Notes under the pieces: generated by a model
The model's input: only the letters and a program-made list of their open reading frames with translations
What the model was told of the DNA's origin: nothing
Databases searched by the model: none
Shown here: positions 25,152 to 34,810 of the stretch, piece after piece
Layout of the letters: each line of letters begins with the position of its first letter
Position numbering within the stretch: the first letter of the stretch is position 1
Assembly (NCBI GenBank): GCA_016932115.1
Contig: JAFGDM010000152.1
Coordinates: 1-52,039 of the forward strand
DNA length: 52,039 nt
DNA from: Deltaproteobacteria bacterium
Lineage (GTDB): Bacteria > Desulfobacterota > DSM-4660 > Desulfatiglandales > HGW-15
Direction of reading: 5' to 3'
Translations under genes and position numbers: made by a program

Positions 25152-25868
25152 CTACAACTTAACTCCTAAGCAACGCTCGACTTCATCCTGACAGGCGTGC
25201 AATTCCTCTGATGTGCCGCTCAACTTGATTTGTCCTTTCTCCAGGATGTAGGCTCGGAGATTATCGCTTAGCGACAAAGAAACCTGATAATTCTGTTCGA
25301 CTAGGAGAATGGTGGCGCCGTCCCTTTGTAAGCGCCGAAGTATTTCGCCTATCTCCTCCACTATCAAAGGAGCGAGCCCCTCCGTGGGCTCATCTATCAT
25401 CATCAAATCAGGTTTTGATACCATAGCTCGGGCAATGGTCAACATTTGTTGCTCACCACCCGAGAGACTTTCTCCCATCTGATTGACTCGCAATTTCAGT
25501 TTGGGGAAATACTGGTAGACCATGTCAAACCGCTCCGCGACATTGAGCTTTTTCTTTTTGTGTAAAATGCCCAGCTTCAAATTTTCCTCGACCGTTAAAT
25601 TGGGTATGATACGCCTGTCTTCGGGGATAATTGCCAAACCCTTTTGAACATTCTGATAAGGCTGGTTGCCGGTAATCTCCTCCCCTTTGTACAGTATCTT
25701 ACCGGTCTTTGGAGGTTCAATACCCATGATCGATTTTAAAGTGGTTGTCTTCCCCACCCCATTGCGGCCTAGAAGAACGACTATCTCACCAAGGTGAACT
25801 TCCAGAGATACGTCCTGCAAGATATGACTGTCGCCGTAGTAGGTATTAATGTTCTCTACTTTAAGCAT
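25152..25868 (-). CDS. livF: Branched-chain amino acid ABC transporter ATP-binding protein (LivF type)
   Basis: Walker A GRNGVGKTT, signature LSGGEQQ, Walker B MMIDEP. Confidence 0.85.
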   Translation of the reverse strand: MLKVENINTYYGDSHILQDVSLEVHLGEIVVLLGRNGVGKTTTLKSIMGIEPPKTGKILYKGEEITGNQPYQNVQKGLAIIPEDRRIIPNLTVEENLKLGILHKKKKLNVAERFDMVYQYFPKLKLRVNQMGESLSGGEQQMLTIARAMVSKPDLMMIDEPTEGLAPLIVEEIGEILRRLQRDGATILLVEQNYQVSLSLSDNLRAYILEKGQIKLSGTSEELHACQDEVERCLGVKL

Positions 25869-26616
25869 CCCTAGAAGCCCCTTTCCCCAAATAAACGTTC
25901 TGGACGATTTCGTTCGCGCTTATTTCATTTGGTGTTCCCTCGGCCAGCTTTCGCCCTTCATGAAGAACCATGATCTCGTCTGAAATTTCCATGACCACGC
26001 TCATGTCATGTTCGATCAAAATGATGTTCAGACTCAGCTCTTTGGCAAGACGACTAATTATGTGTGTCGCCTCAATTGTTTCGGCCGGGCTCATGCCGGC
26101 CGTAGGTTCGTCCAGCAACAGGACTTCGGGCTCCGTGGCTAGTGCAATCCCGATCTCCAGGTACTTCTTCTCCCCATGGCTCAGTTCTGCAGCAATGCGC
26201 GACTGAACCTTCAGCAGACCCAAGTGCTCCAAGACGGCCAGAGCCTTGTCATTAACCTCGCTCAGGCTGTACGCCCTGCGCCAGAAATTGAAAATGGTGT
26301 GTCTTGATTGAGCTGCCAGACGAACATTTTCGAAAACGGTCAACCGCGGGAATATATGGGTAAGTTGATAGGTTTTGGTTATTCCCAGTTGTGAGCGGTC
26401 ATTTATGGACATATTCGAGATGTCCTTATCCTTAAAAAGAATACTGCCATGTGTCGGCGCGTATAATCCCGACACCAAGTTGAAAAAGGTGGTCTTGCCA
26501 GCGCCATTGGGGCCGATGATAGATTTGAGTCGGCCCTGCTCGAGCCGGAAATCAACATCGTCTACGGCTTTCAACCCTCCGAAATATTTGCAGATGCTTT
26601 TTGTCTCCAATAGCAT
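25861..26616 (-). CDS. livG: Branched-chain amino acid ABC transporter ATP-binding protein (LivG type)
   Basis: GPNGAGKTT, LSHGEKK, LLLDEP. ATG 26616 (MLLETKSICKYFGG) is preferred; the track extension to 26742 would overlap livM. Confidence 0.85.
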   Translation of the reverse strand: MLLETKSICKYFGGLKAVDDVDFRLEQGRLKSIIGPNGAGKTTFFNLVSGLYAPTHGSILFKDKDISNMSINDRSQLGITKTYQLTHIFPRLTVFENVRLAAQSRHTIFNFWRRAYSLSEVNDKALAVLEHLGLLKVQSRIAAELSHGEKKYLEIGIALATEPEVLLLDEPTAGMSPAETIEATHIISRLAKELSLNIILIEHDMSVVMEISDEIMVLHEGRKLAEGTPNEISANEIVQNVYLGKGASRDA

Positions 26617-26627
26617 GAGCGCCCTTT

Positions 26628-27629
26628 TTATAGTTTTGAATGATAGAAACGTTTTTCGATTAAATTTAAAAGGCTTCCCCAAATCCCTTCTCGGAACAGC
26701 AAAATCAGAACCATAAACAACGCACCAAGCCACAGTTCCCAACGATCCGTGTACTCACTGATAGTGCTGCGCAGAAATAGGAAAACGCCCGCCCCGATCA
26801 CTGGACCGAAAAAAGTGTGTGTGCCACCCAAAACCGTTTTCATCACGATGACGCCCGAGGTCATCCAGAAAAGCAGGTTAATGGATGCAGCTCCCAAGTA
26901 AACCACCAAAAGTCCTCCGGCAAGGCCTGAAAAAAGCCCGGAAAAGATTAAAGAAAGGAATTTGACCCTACTGACGTTGTAACCGCAGGCCCTGATGCGG
27001 TCTTCATTTTCCCGAATCGCTCTAAGGACATGACCGAAAGGTGAATTCAAAATACGCCATTGGGCCAGCGTGGCCAAGCACCCTATGGTAAGTATGAAAA
27101 AATACAGATGAAGTTGGTTGGACAAATTCACATACAGCGGAAAATCGATAGACAAGGGCGGCAGCTTTAGCCCGTCTTCACCGCCGGTCCAGCGCGTCAA
27201 CGGGGATAGTGTCAAAAAGAAAAACATTTGGCCTATGGCCAGGGAGATCATGGCGAAATAGGCTCCCTTTCGCTTTATGGCCAGAATGCCTATCATGATT
27301 GCCACCAGAAGCCCACCAATAGTTGCCGCTAAAAGCGCCAGCCAGACTCCCACTTCACCATAAAACACAATCATGGCTGCGGAATACGCCCCGACTCCCA
27401 AATAAGCCGCATGTCCAAAGGATATTATTCCGGTGTGCCCCAGCAGCAGATTAAATCCCAAGGCAAACAGTCCATAAACGATAATTTCCGTGGCCAAAGG
27501 TTTGGAAATAATAAAGGGCAAGAAAGGGGCGAAAATAAATGCAACGATCATAGCACGGAATTCAAACCGGGTACGCCAGTCTCCCTGCCTATTGATCATG
27601 CTTTTATTGCTACCATTTGATTTATGCAT
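26628..27629 (-). CDS. livM: Branched-chain amino acid ABC transporter permease (LivM type)
   Basis: 333-aa polytopic membrane protein in the canonical liv gene order. Confidence 0.8.
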   Translation of the reverse strand: MHKSNGSNKSMINRQGDWRTRFEFRAMIVAFIFAPFLPFIISKPLATEIIVYGLFALGFNLLLGHTGIISFGHAAYLGVGAYSAAMIVFYGEVGVWLALLAATIGGLLVAIMIGILAIKRKGAYFAMISLAIGQMFFFLTLSPLTRWTGGEDGLKLPPLSIDFPLYVNLSNQLHLYFFILTIGCLATLAQWRILNSPFGHVLRAIRENEDRIRACGYNVSRVKFLSLIFSGLFSGLAGGLLVVYLGAASINLLFWMTSGVIVMKTVLGGTHTFFGPVIGAGVFLFLRSTISEYTDRWELWLGALFMVLILLFREGIWGSLLNLIEKRFYHSKL

Positions 27630-27632
27630 AAT

Positions 27633-28511
27633 TTACGCCCTTCCCTCCTCTCCAAAAAGCCCTCGGGGTCTGACGACAAGGATTACGGCCATGGCCATAA
27701 AAATCGCTACATTCGACCAGTCCGGATATAAAAAGGAGACGAAGCTGACCACCTGTCCAAGAAGCAGTCCACCGAGAACAGCCCCTCCTAGACTGCCCAG
27801 ACCTCCGATGACTACCACCACAAACGATTCCACCGTCATTTCGTCTCCCATGTTGGGGATGGTCTGAACCATAGGCGCCGCAATGACCCCGGCCAACGCG
27901 GCTAGTCCAACCCCTAACATAAAGCCGACAGTCCAGACCCTCGAAACGTTGATCCCCAAGCAGCTAACCATCAGCCGATCCCGCGTGGCAGCCCGTATTA
28001 TCATTCCAATATCGGTCTTATTCATGAAAAGCCACAGAGCCAGTAAAACTACGCCCATCAGCACCACCAGAAATATCCTGTATTTGGGCAAAATTAGAGT
28101 ACCCACAAAGGCGGCCCCTTGAAAAATTTTGGGGTACTCCACTACTTTGCCGACCAATCCAAAAATAAGCTTGATGACGTCCGGCATAAAGATCGAAAAC
28201 CCGAAGCAAAGCAGAAGAGGATAAATCGGTTCTGTCCCGTAAAGGCGTTTGAGTAGCGTTATTTCAAAGAGGCCTCCAAGAAGAGCTACTATGACAATGG
28301 CCGATACCATGGCTATCCAAAAATTGCCACACAACGATATGGCTACAAAAACAGCATAGGCCCCCAACATGTAAAAAGTTCCATGGGCGAAATTGAGCAC
28401 ATCCAGGAGACCAAAAATTATGGACAGACCACTGGCCAAGATGACATAAATAGCCCCTAAAGCCAACCCCATGATAATTTGCAGAATTATTATTTCCCAG
28501 GTCAACTCCAT
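27633..28511 (-). CDS. livH: Branched-chain amino acid ABC transporter permease (LivH type)
   Basis: 292-aa polytopic membrane protein in the canonical liv gene order. Confidence 0.8.
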   Translation of the reverse strand: MELTWEIIILQIIMGLALGAIYVILASGLSIIFGLLDVLNFAHGTFYMLGAYAVFVAISLCGNFWIAMVSAIVIVALLGGLFEITLLKRLYGTEPIYPLLLCFGFSIFMPDVIKLIFGLVGKVVEYPKIFQGAAFVGTLILPKYRIFLVVLMGVVLLALWLFMNKTDIGMIIRAATRDRLMVSCLGINVSRVWTVGFMLGVGLAALAGVIAAPMVQTIPNMGDEMTVESFVVVVIGGLGSLGGAVLGGLLLGQVVSFVSFLYPDWSNVAIFMAMAVILVVRPRGLFGEEGRA

Positions 28512-28571
28512 TGGTCACCTTTAGGCTTGCCATCCCGAGGTGGCTTCCGCCAACCTCAGGACGACGGGTTT

Positions 28572-29804
28572 TTATTTACCAGGCAGGTTTTTCAGCACCG
28601 GGCCATAAGGGATGTCTTTTAAGTCGTTTTCACAAGACTGTAAAGTCTTATCCGGACCAACTTCGGCCACAACAGTGGCCAGATCCCAATTCTTAGCTTT
28701 GTCGCCCATCCCCTGCAAAATCACCACTGTTTGCTCGCGAACATGGTCGCAAGCCCGATATTTCTCAGTTCCATGGTTGAGATTCCATGTCATGGTTTCC
28801 AGTGTGTCAATGATCTTTTCGGTATCTGTTTTGCTGCCAACCGTTTCCATCGCCTTGAACAGGGTCCAGGCGCCAACATATCCGGAATCGGCATCGGCAT
28901 CCGGTACACCTCCATATTTCGCAACGTATTTCTGATAAAATGGCTTGGCATTTGGATACTTTTCATACAATTTCCAGTACCAAGTCACTGCGCCATAAAT
29001 GCTCTCATCGTAAGCGGCGCCGCATTCTTTCATAATCGGCACAGCAGTCTTGGGCAATACGAGTTTGGTCCTCTTTGTCAAGCCTAGTTCGTTGAATTGT
29101 TTCACTGCGGCCACAAGATCCGATCCAAAGACCGCAAGGACTACAAAGTCGGGTTTTAGAGCAAGGATCTTTGGAACATAAGAGGAGAAATCACGCGTGC
29201 CGATAGGAGTGTAAATAGCCTCAAGGAATTTACCGCCCGCCTCCTGGCTCTTTACTACAAAAGCCGCAACCTCATCGTGGCCCCATCGGTAATCAGCAGC
29301 AATAACCATCCATTTTTTCCCAAGTTTATCAAAGGCATATTCCGCCAGTGCATTTCCAGTCATATAAGACCGAATACCGGAAGTGAAACCGTAACGGCCT
29401 CGATCCGCTTCCCCCTGCCCGATGTTATTGTGGCAGGTGGACATATAGAGAATTTTATTTTTGTTAGCCCACTGATTGATAATCATGGAAATACCGCCGG
29501 ACAGGTTGCCGCCCACAATGGGGACACCGGAGTCCACATATTCCTTCATGCGGCGGAGGGCGACATCCGCCTTCAATTCTGAATCCCTTATTAACACTTT
29601 AATGGGTCCCCCAAGTATGCCGCCTTTGGCGTTGTATTCCTCAACCGCCATTTCCACCCCGCGCTTCATTTCTTCCGCGTAGGCGCCGTAAGGACCAGTC
29701 AACGGAAACACCCAGCCGACATCGGCAGGACCCTGGGCCTTGGTGCCTGCAGCAAATACCAAAATAATGGCCGTTATTAGCATCAGAATGCTGGCTTTTT
29801 TCAT
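28572..29804 (-). CDS. ABC transporter substrate-binding protein (LivK/type-1 periplasmic binding fold)
   Basis: Signal peptide MKKASILMLITAIILVFAAGTKAQG. GGAGGT lies 7 nt before ATG 29804. Confidence 0.85.
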   Translation of the reverse strand: MKKASILMLITAIILVFAAGTKAQGPADVGWVFPLTGPYGAYAEEMKRGVEMAVEEYNAKGGILGGPIKVLIRDSELKADVALRRMKEYVDSGVPIVGGNLSGGISMIINQWANKNKILYMSTCHNNIGQGEADRGRYGFTSGIRSYMTGNALAEYAFDKLGKKWMVIAADYRWGHDEVAAFVVKSQEAGGKFLEAIYTPIGTRDFSSYVPKILALKPDFVVLAVFGSDLVAAVKQFNELGLTKRTKLVLPKTAVPIMKECGAAYDESIYGAVTWYWKLYEKYPNAKPFYQKYVAKYGGVPDADADSGYVGAWTLFKAMETVGSKTDTEKIIDTLETMTWNLNHGTEKYRACDHVREQTVVILQGMGDKAKNWDLATVVAEVGPDKTLQSCENDLKDIPYGPVLKNLPGK

Positions 29805-29955
29805 CACAAATACCTCCATCAGAAATTAATTTTAACCGATAACAAATTCACGATACACAAAAAGCCTTAAGTCTTCGAACCTCCTTTCATCACCTCCTTT
29901 CATTTCGCTTATTTTGACCCACTGTGTCGCGGACTTGATTTAAAGGAGAAAAGCG

Positions 29956-31683
29956 TTATTCGTCCATAAATGCGCCTTTCATGGCCGAAGCGGCATACTT
30001 AGTATAGCGGCTCAGCAATCCCTTTGGATGTCCTTGCTTGGGTGGATGCCAACCGGCTTGGCGCTTGGATAAAACACGCTCTACCTCCTGCGGAGACATT
30101 CTTTCACCTCCGCATCCCACCAGCTTCAAGCACCGGCCCGGTATATCTATCCTTATTAAATCATCATTTTCAACTAAGGCAATGGGACCGCCTGCTTGGG
30201 CCTCAGGTGAAACATGACCGATACAGGGTCCTCGCGTAGCTCCGCTGAAACGACCGTCAGTAACCAACGCCACCCGGCTCAGCTCTGGCATGCTGGCGAG
30301 GGCCTCGGTAGTAGCCAGCATTTCAGGCATTCCGCTTCCCCGGGGTCCCTCATAACGGATGATGACGACCGATTCGGGCTTGATTTTGTTTTCTAAACAA
30401 GCAGCCAGGGCTTGCTCCTCCCGATCAAAAACCTGGGCAGGTCCTTCATGAACCAGCATATCTTCAGACACAGCTGAAAATTTCACCACTGAACCTTCCG
30501 GAGCTAAGTTCCCGGTCAATACCGCTATGGATCCTGTCCCCTTGGCCGAACTTACAGGCCGGATGACTTCATCGGGTGTGATCTGATAATTGGCCAAATA
30601 ACCAGCGCCCCGCTCAAAGAATCCATCTTTCCATAAGTCTTCCAGGTTCTCTTCCAGAGTTTTGCCTGTGACTGTCAACACTCTTACATCCAGCATATCA
30701 CGCAATTCCCACTGCACCCTAGGAATGCCCCCAGCGTACCAAACCAACTCAGTCAAATATTTACCCGATGGCTGGATATCCATAAGGAGCGGAATGTCTT
30801 TATTGGCCCTATCGAACAGTCCCCCATCCACCACTATACCGCCTTCAAAGGCGATGGCCGGTAGATGGATCAGAGCGTTAGTGGAACCGGAAATTGCGGC
30901 ATGAACTTTGATAGCATTTTCAAAGGCAGCTCTCGTCATGATGTGAGATGGTTTTACTCCTTTTTCAACCAAATGTATGACTGTACGCCCGGCCTGTCGG
31001 GCCAGCCTTCTGATGTCCTGAAGGCTGACCGGAGCGAGAGCAGACCCTGGCAACGCCATGCCCAAGGCCTCGGACATACATTGCATCGTGCTTGCCGTAC
31101 CCATGAATTGGCACGCTCCCCCAGTTCCTGGACATCCGGTGAGCTTGTAGTTGCGAATAGGGCCGGAGACATCTTCCCCTCGGCGCATCAGTGTTGCATC
31201 CTGACCGGTGAAAACACTGTGACTCATCCAAGGACCTATGCGGTTGCTGCCGCCGGGGATGTGCAACCCAGGTATATCCAGTCGCAGCATAGCCATAAGA
31301 TGGGCAGGAATTATCTTGTCACAGGTGGAAACAGCCACGACGCCATCCCATGGAATAACTCGACCATGGGCTTCGAATAAGTCGCAGTAAACCTCTCTAG
31401 CAGGCAAAATATAATTCATTCCGTCGTGCAGCATAGCCCAACCATCACAAATATCGGTGCCATGGAAGTTCGCTGGTCTACCTCCCTTCTGATACACACC
31501 GATTTTCACTTCCTCAGCCAATTCATTCAAATGCACGCTGCCCGGGTGACTATCTCCATAAGCATCTTCGATCAATATCTGCGGAGCCCTAAGGTCCCCC
31601 TCATCCCAACCCGTTCCGCAGGAAAGGGCATCGATTTGAATCCAGTCCTCACGTACTTTCTTACTCCTCTGTAAAATTCCCAT
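29956..31683 (-). CDS. IlvD/Edd family dehydratase (dihydroxy-acid or sugar-acid dehydratase)
   Basis: [29 protein letters not shown] and [19 protein letters not shown] are typical of the family. ATG 31683 is preceded by AAGAGGTG. Confidence 0.85.
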   Translation of the reverse strand: MGILQRSKKVREDWIQIDALSCGTGWDEGDLRAPQILIEDAYGDSHPGSVHLNELAEEVKIGVYQKGGRPANFHGTDICDGWAMLHDGMNYILPAREVYCDLFEAHGRVIPWDGVVAVSTCDKIIPAHLMAMLRLDIPGLHIPGGSNRIGPWMSHSVFTGQDATLMRRGEDVSGPIRNYKLTGCPGTGGACQFMGTASTMQCMSEALGMALPGSALAPVSLQDIRRLARQAGRTVIHLVEKGVKPSHIMTRAAFENAIKVHAAISGSTNALIHLPAIAFEGGIVVDGGLFDRANKDIPLLMDIQPSGKYLTELVWYAGGIPRVQWELRDMLDVRVLTVTGKTLEENLEDLWKDGFFERGAGYLANYQITPDEVIRPVSSAKGTGSIAVLTGNLAPEGSVVKFSAVSEDMLVHEGPAQVFDREEQALAACLENKIKPESVVIIRYEGPRGSGMPEMLATTEALASMPELSRVALVTDGRFSGATRGPCIGHVSPEAQAGGPIALVENDDLIRIDIPGRCLKLVGCGGERMSPQEVERVLSKRQAGWHPPKQGHPKGLLSRYTKYAASAMKGAFMDE

Positions 31684-31808
31684 ATCACACCTCTTTAGAA
31701 ATTTTTGTCCAGTACACGCTCCCATATCTTAGAAAAACTAGGACACCTAAAACAGTTATCATTGCTCAGACCCCTATACAATCTCAAATTACTAAGCCGA
31801 CCGGGCTT

Positions 31809-32693
31809 TTACAGCTCTGTCTGTGAAAGTAATTCGATGGCCTTGACTATGGAAGAATGATCCCAATCCAAACCATCCATGGCTGCCAAAGAATTCCATA
31901 TCTGGCTGACCATAGCCGAGCCGGGCATGTAAACGCCCACTTTCTTCGCCTCTTCCAGAACAATGTCGATGTCCTTCTTGTGCAACCTAACCTTACCGCC
32001 GGGAGTGAAATTGCGTTCTATCATACGCTTACCGTGCAGTTCCAGCACACGGCTTTGGGCAAAGCCACCCATCATGGCCTCACGAATTCTTTCCGGATCA
32101 GCCCCATTTTTCTTAGCAAAAACGAGGGATTCACTGACCGCCTCAATAGTAATAGCGACTACCACTTGGTTGCAGGCCTTAGCTATTTGGCCGGAACCAT
32201 TATCCCCCACATGCGTAATATTTTTCCCCATTTTTTGAAGCACTGGCAATACCTTGTGGAAGGCCTCTACAGACCCTCCCACCATAATGGAGAGCGTGGC
32301 CTCAATAGCACCAACATCCCCCCCGCTCACGGGAGCATCCAAAGCCATACTGCCCGCTTCTGCAAGGGCCGCGGCCACCTTCTTTGTGGTAGTGATAGAA
32401 GTCGTACTCATATCCACAAAAACGGCTCCCTCTTTCATGCCTTCCAAGATCCCGTCTGGTCCCAACGCCACCTTCTCGACAATAGGGGAATCGGGAAGCA
32501 TGGTGATAATGACATCGGAGTCGATGGCAGCCTCGCGGGGTGAACCGACCCGCACGGCACCCTTGGTCACGGCCTTTTCTATCAGGCTCTCTAGTACGTC
32601 ATAGACAGCTACCTTGTAACCAGCCTTCAACAAATGGCCAACCATGGGTTGTCCCATGATGCCTAGGCCTATGAAACCGATTTTTTCAATCAT
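31809..32693 (-). CDS. NAD(P)-dependent beta-hydroxyacid dehydrogenase (3-hydroxyisobutyrate / tartronate-semialdehyde / succinic-semialdehyde reductase family)
   Basis: N-terminal IGFIGLGIMGQPM Rossmann motif with family-typical downstream blocks. ATG 32693 is preceded by GGAGGG. Confidence 0.85.
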   Translation of the reverse strand: MIEKIGFIGLGIMGQPMVGHLLKAGYKVAVYDVLESLIEKAVTKGAVRVGSPREAAIDSDVIITMLPDSPIVEKVALGPDGILEGMKEGAVFVDMSTTSITTTKKVAAALAEAGSMALDAPVSGGDVGAIEATLSIMVGGSVEAFHKVLPVLQKMGKNITHVGDNGSGQIAKACNQVVVAITIEAVSESLVFAKKNGADPERIREAMMGGFAQSRVLELHGKRMIERNFTPGGKVRLHKKDIDIVLEEAKKVGVYMPGSAMVSQIWNSLAAMDGLDWDHSSIVKAIELLSQTEL

Positions 32694-32809
32694 TCCGCCC
32701 TCCGTCTTAATTTTCATCTAAAGTTTTTGCGTTTAATATTCCAGGCCAATGGATAAGCCTGCCTCGCTATTTCTAAAAAATTTTCTTTGTCAAATACTTT
32801 TATAAAGTT

Positions 32810-32828
32810 ATTTTCGTATTATGAAAAT
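32810..32828. promoter_or_regulatory. Inverted repeat ATTTTC-N7-GAAAAT upstream of the dehydrogenase/dehydratase genes (candidate IclR operator or promoter element)
   Basis: Perfect 6-bp arms. It shares the 13-mer ATTTTCGTATT(A/G)T with the region just upstream of the iclR start. Confidence 0.35.
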
Positions 32829-32829
32829 C

Positions 32830-33582
32830 TTAGCTAATTTCCGAAGATATTCTTTCAGCAGTGTCTTTGACTAATTCTATCAATTGTTCGTTGATCAGCT
32901 CCATGGTCATAGAAAAAATTGAGCCAGTTAAGCTCACAGCGGCTATGATCTTGCCCCTAAACCGGATAGGAGCCGCCACGCACCTCACCCCAACATAATG
33001 TTCTTCATTATCAATAGCATATCCCTGTTTTTTAACATTATCCAATTCATCCATTAAATGGGCCAACCTCGTTATGGTATTCTTTCCATGGAGTTTAAGC
33101 GGTCTATCCTTGTAAATTAACTGCACATTTTTCTCACCAAGCTCGGAAAGCAAAACTTTTCCGGCAGCAGCTGCATGCGGGTCCGTACTGAAACCAATGT
33201 AAGTATCGAGTGAAAGTCCTCCGACTTTGGATATCTTGTCGAGGATAGTTACTTTACCATCTCGGTAAATCCAAAGGTTCACCGTCTCATTCCATTTTTG
33301 ATGCAACTCACGGAGATGATTATAAGCTTTGCTACGAACATCAAAGCCCATTAAAATACCGCTGCTAATTGTCAAGAATTTGAACCCTAGATAGTACTTC
33401 TTAGTCTCAGGGTCTTGATCGATATATCCGTAGGAACAGAATGTAGCCAGAATATGATGAATTGTACCAGCCGGAAAACCAAGTAGTGCTGTCAGTTGGG
33501 AAAGGCTAAGGCCCCTTGGGTGTTTACTTAGAACATCGATAACCAAAAGACTTTTTTCGAGGGATAGAAGCTTCATTTTCAT
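32830..33582 (-). CDS. IclR family transcriptional regulator
   Basis: 250 aa. N-terminal wHTH (LSLSQLTALLGFPAGTIHHIL) plus a C-terminal IclR effector domain. Confidence 0.9.
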   Translation of the reverse strand: MKMKLLSLEKSLLVIDVLSKHPRGLSLSQLTALLGFPAGTIHHILATFCSYGYIDQDPETKKYYLGFKFLTISSGILMGFDVRSKAYNHLRELHQKWNETVNLWIYRDGKVTILDKISKVGGLSLDTYIGFSTDPHAAAAGKVLLSELGEKNVQLIYKDRPLKLHGKNTITRLAHLMDELDNVKKQGYAIDNEEHYVGVRCVAAPIRFRGKIIAAVSLTGSIFSMTMELINEQLIELVKDTAERISSEIS

Positions 33583-33587
33583 ATCTT

Positions 33588-33615
33588 GAAAATGGTTTTC
33601 AAATTTTCGTATTGT
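33588..33615. promoter_or_regulatory. GAAAA-TGG-TTTTC palindrome plus a second copy of ATTTTCGTATTGT directly upstream of iclR
   Basis: Lies 6-33 bp upstream of the iclR start codon. The 13-mer matches the copy at 32810-32822 in 12 of 13 positions. Confidence 0.35.
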
Positions 33616-33949
33616 ATTCTCATTTTTTTGTCAAGCATTTTTTCTGTAGTTAAGACATTAAAACGAACCCGGCTATACCCACCCACAAAAGAGTCTGCCA
33701 GTTTATATATTCGAGCGGGGAAATGATCAGCGACAATTAAAATTCCCGTGCCCAGGAAAAATAATTGACGTGAGTCATAAAGACTCAAATCTGGATCGCG
33801 GTATCGGTCTACCTGCTCGTTGCAATAGTAAAAAAACAACGCAGGGTGAAAGGTTCATCCGGTTAGTCGAAATCGTCCTTTCCTGTCGATGGTAAACAAA
33901 TATCTGTGAAGGAGTCCCTACTTATTTTCCGTAAGCAAGGATGATGGCT

Positions 33950-34810
33950 CTATTTCCCTTTTTTCACATTCTCGGCATAGTTTATATTCTTCGCGGCGCA
34001 GTGCTCCCATCTGTGATCTGCACACTTGGCCGGCCCAGCGACCTTCTCTTCTACTACTTCCTTTCTTAGAAGATCATAAACATCAAGGATCATTCCCACC
34101 TGATTCTTTTCTCCTTTCACCAAGAGGGCAACGGATCCCTCGCCTCCTGAAACCCCTCCGGCGGCTATATGGTAGACTTCCACACTGGCGATCTGCACCA
34201 TAGCCTCAATCTCAGTGACCACCTTGCCAGCAATGGGCATCAGCCCTACCGGCATACCCGAGCAATAGTCCAGCCGATGGATTCCCATCTCCCTTGCATG
34301 GTCTGATACAGAACCCTTCACCGTTTTTTCGAGGCCGACCGGGATCACAAAATGCATGCCCTTGGCCATAACATGGCCGACAGCCTTTCCCAAGGTCCCT
34401 CCGTTTTCCATCCCCAACAGAACACCAGCATGGCCCAGGAAATCGATAGCATTGGCACCCTTAATGAAAACGTCTTGAGCAGTGCATCCGGCAAGCACCT
34501 CGTCCAGATTCTCGGTTTGAACTGGTGCGCCCTTTTCAAAGTACCAATATTTTGCGTGACCGTAGGCACCCAGAAAATCGGTCATCCCGCGTCCCACACA
34601 AAGCCCTTTTCCTGTAACCATTCCGCACGCAAGAGGCCCTTCAGGCCATTTGCCGACAAGTTCCCGATAGATATGAGATGTAGTGCTGCCTGTGGAAATC
34701 ACTACTTTGCTGTTTTCAAAGGCTTTCCTCACCTGGGGCAGGGTAGCCACCCCTTTTGCAATGAGCCCTTTAGAGAGGGCGGGCGTAAAATTCAGAAGGG
34801 CACGAACCAT
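33950..34810 (-). CDS. Conserved hypothetical protein, possibly LUD (LutB/LutC-like) fold
   Basis: 286-aa ORF with AAGGAGA before ATG 34810. The central segment FIKGANAIDFLGHAGVLLGMENGG...HFVIPVGLEKTV resembles the LUD-domain signature as I remember it. The family assignment is tentative. Confidence 0.55.
   Translation of the reverse strand: MVRALLNFTPALSKGLIAKGVATLPQVRKAFENSKVVISTGSTTSHIYRELVGKWPEGPLACGMVTGKGLCVGRGMTDFLGAYGHAKYWYFEKGAPVQTENLDEVLAGCTAQDVFIKGANAIDFLGHAGVLLGMENGGTLGKAVGHVMAKGMHFVIPVGLEKTVKGSVSDHAREMGIHRLDYCSGMPVGLMPIAGKVVTEIEAMVQIASVEVYHIAAGGVSGGEGSVALLVKGEKNQVGMILDVYDLLRKEVVEEKVAGPAKCADHRWEHCAAKNINYAENVKKGK

Noticed and set aside
33579-33839. An 86-aa minus-strand ORF directly upstream of iclR.
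   Set aside because: The sequence is AT-rich and promoter-like, and the peptide composition is odd (MFFYYCNEQ...). There is no SD, and the ORF overlaps the putative iclR operator/promoter. It is most likely non-coding.
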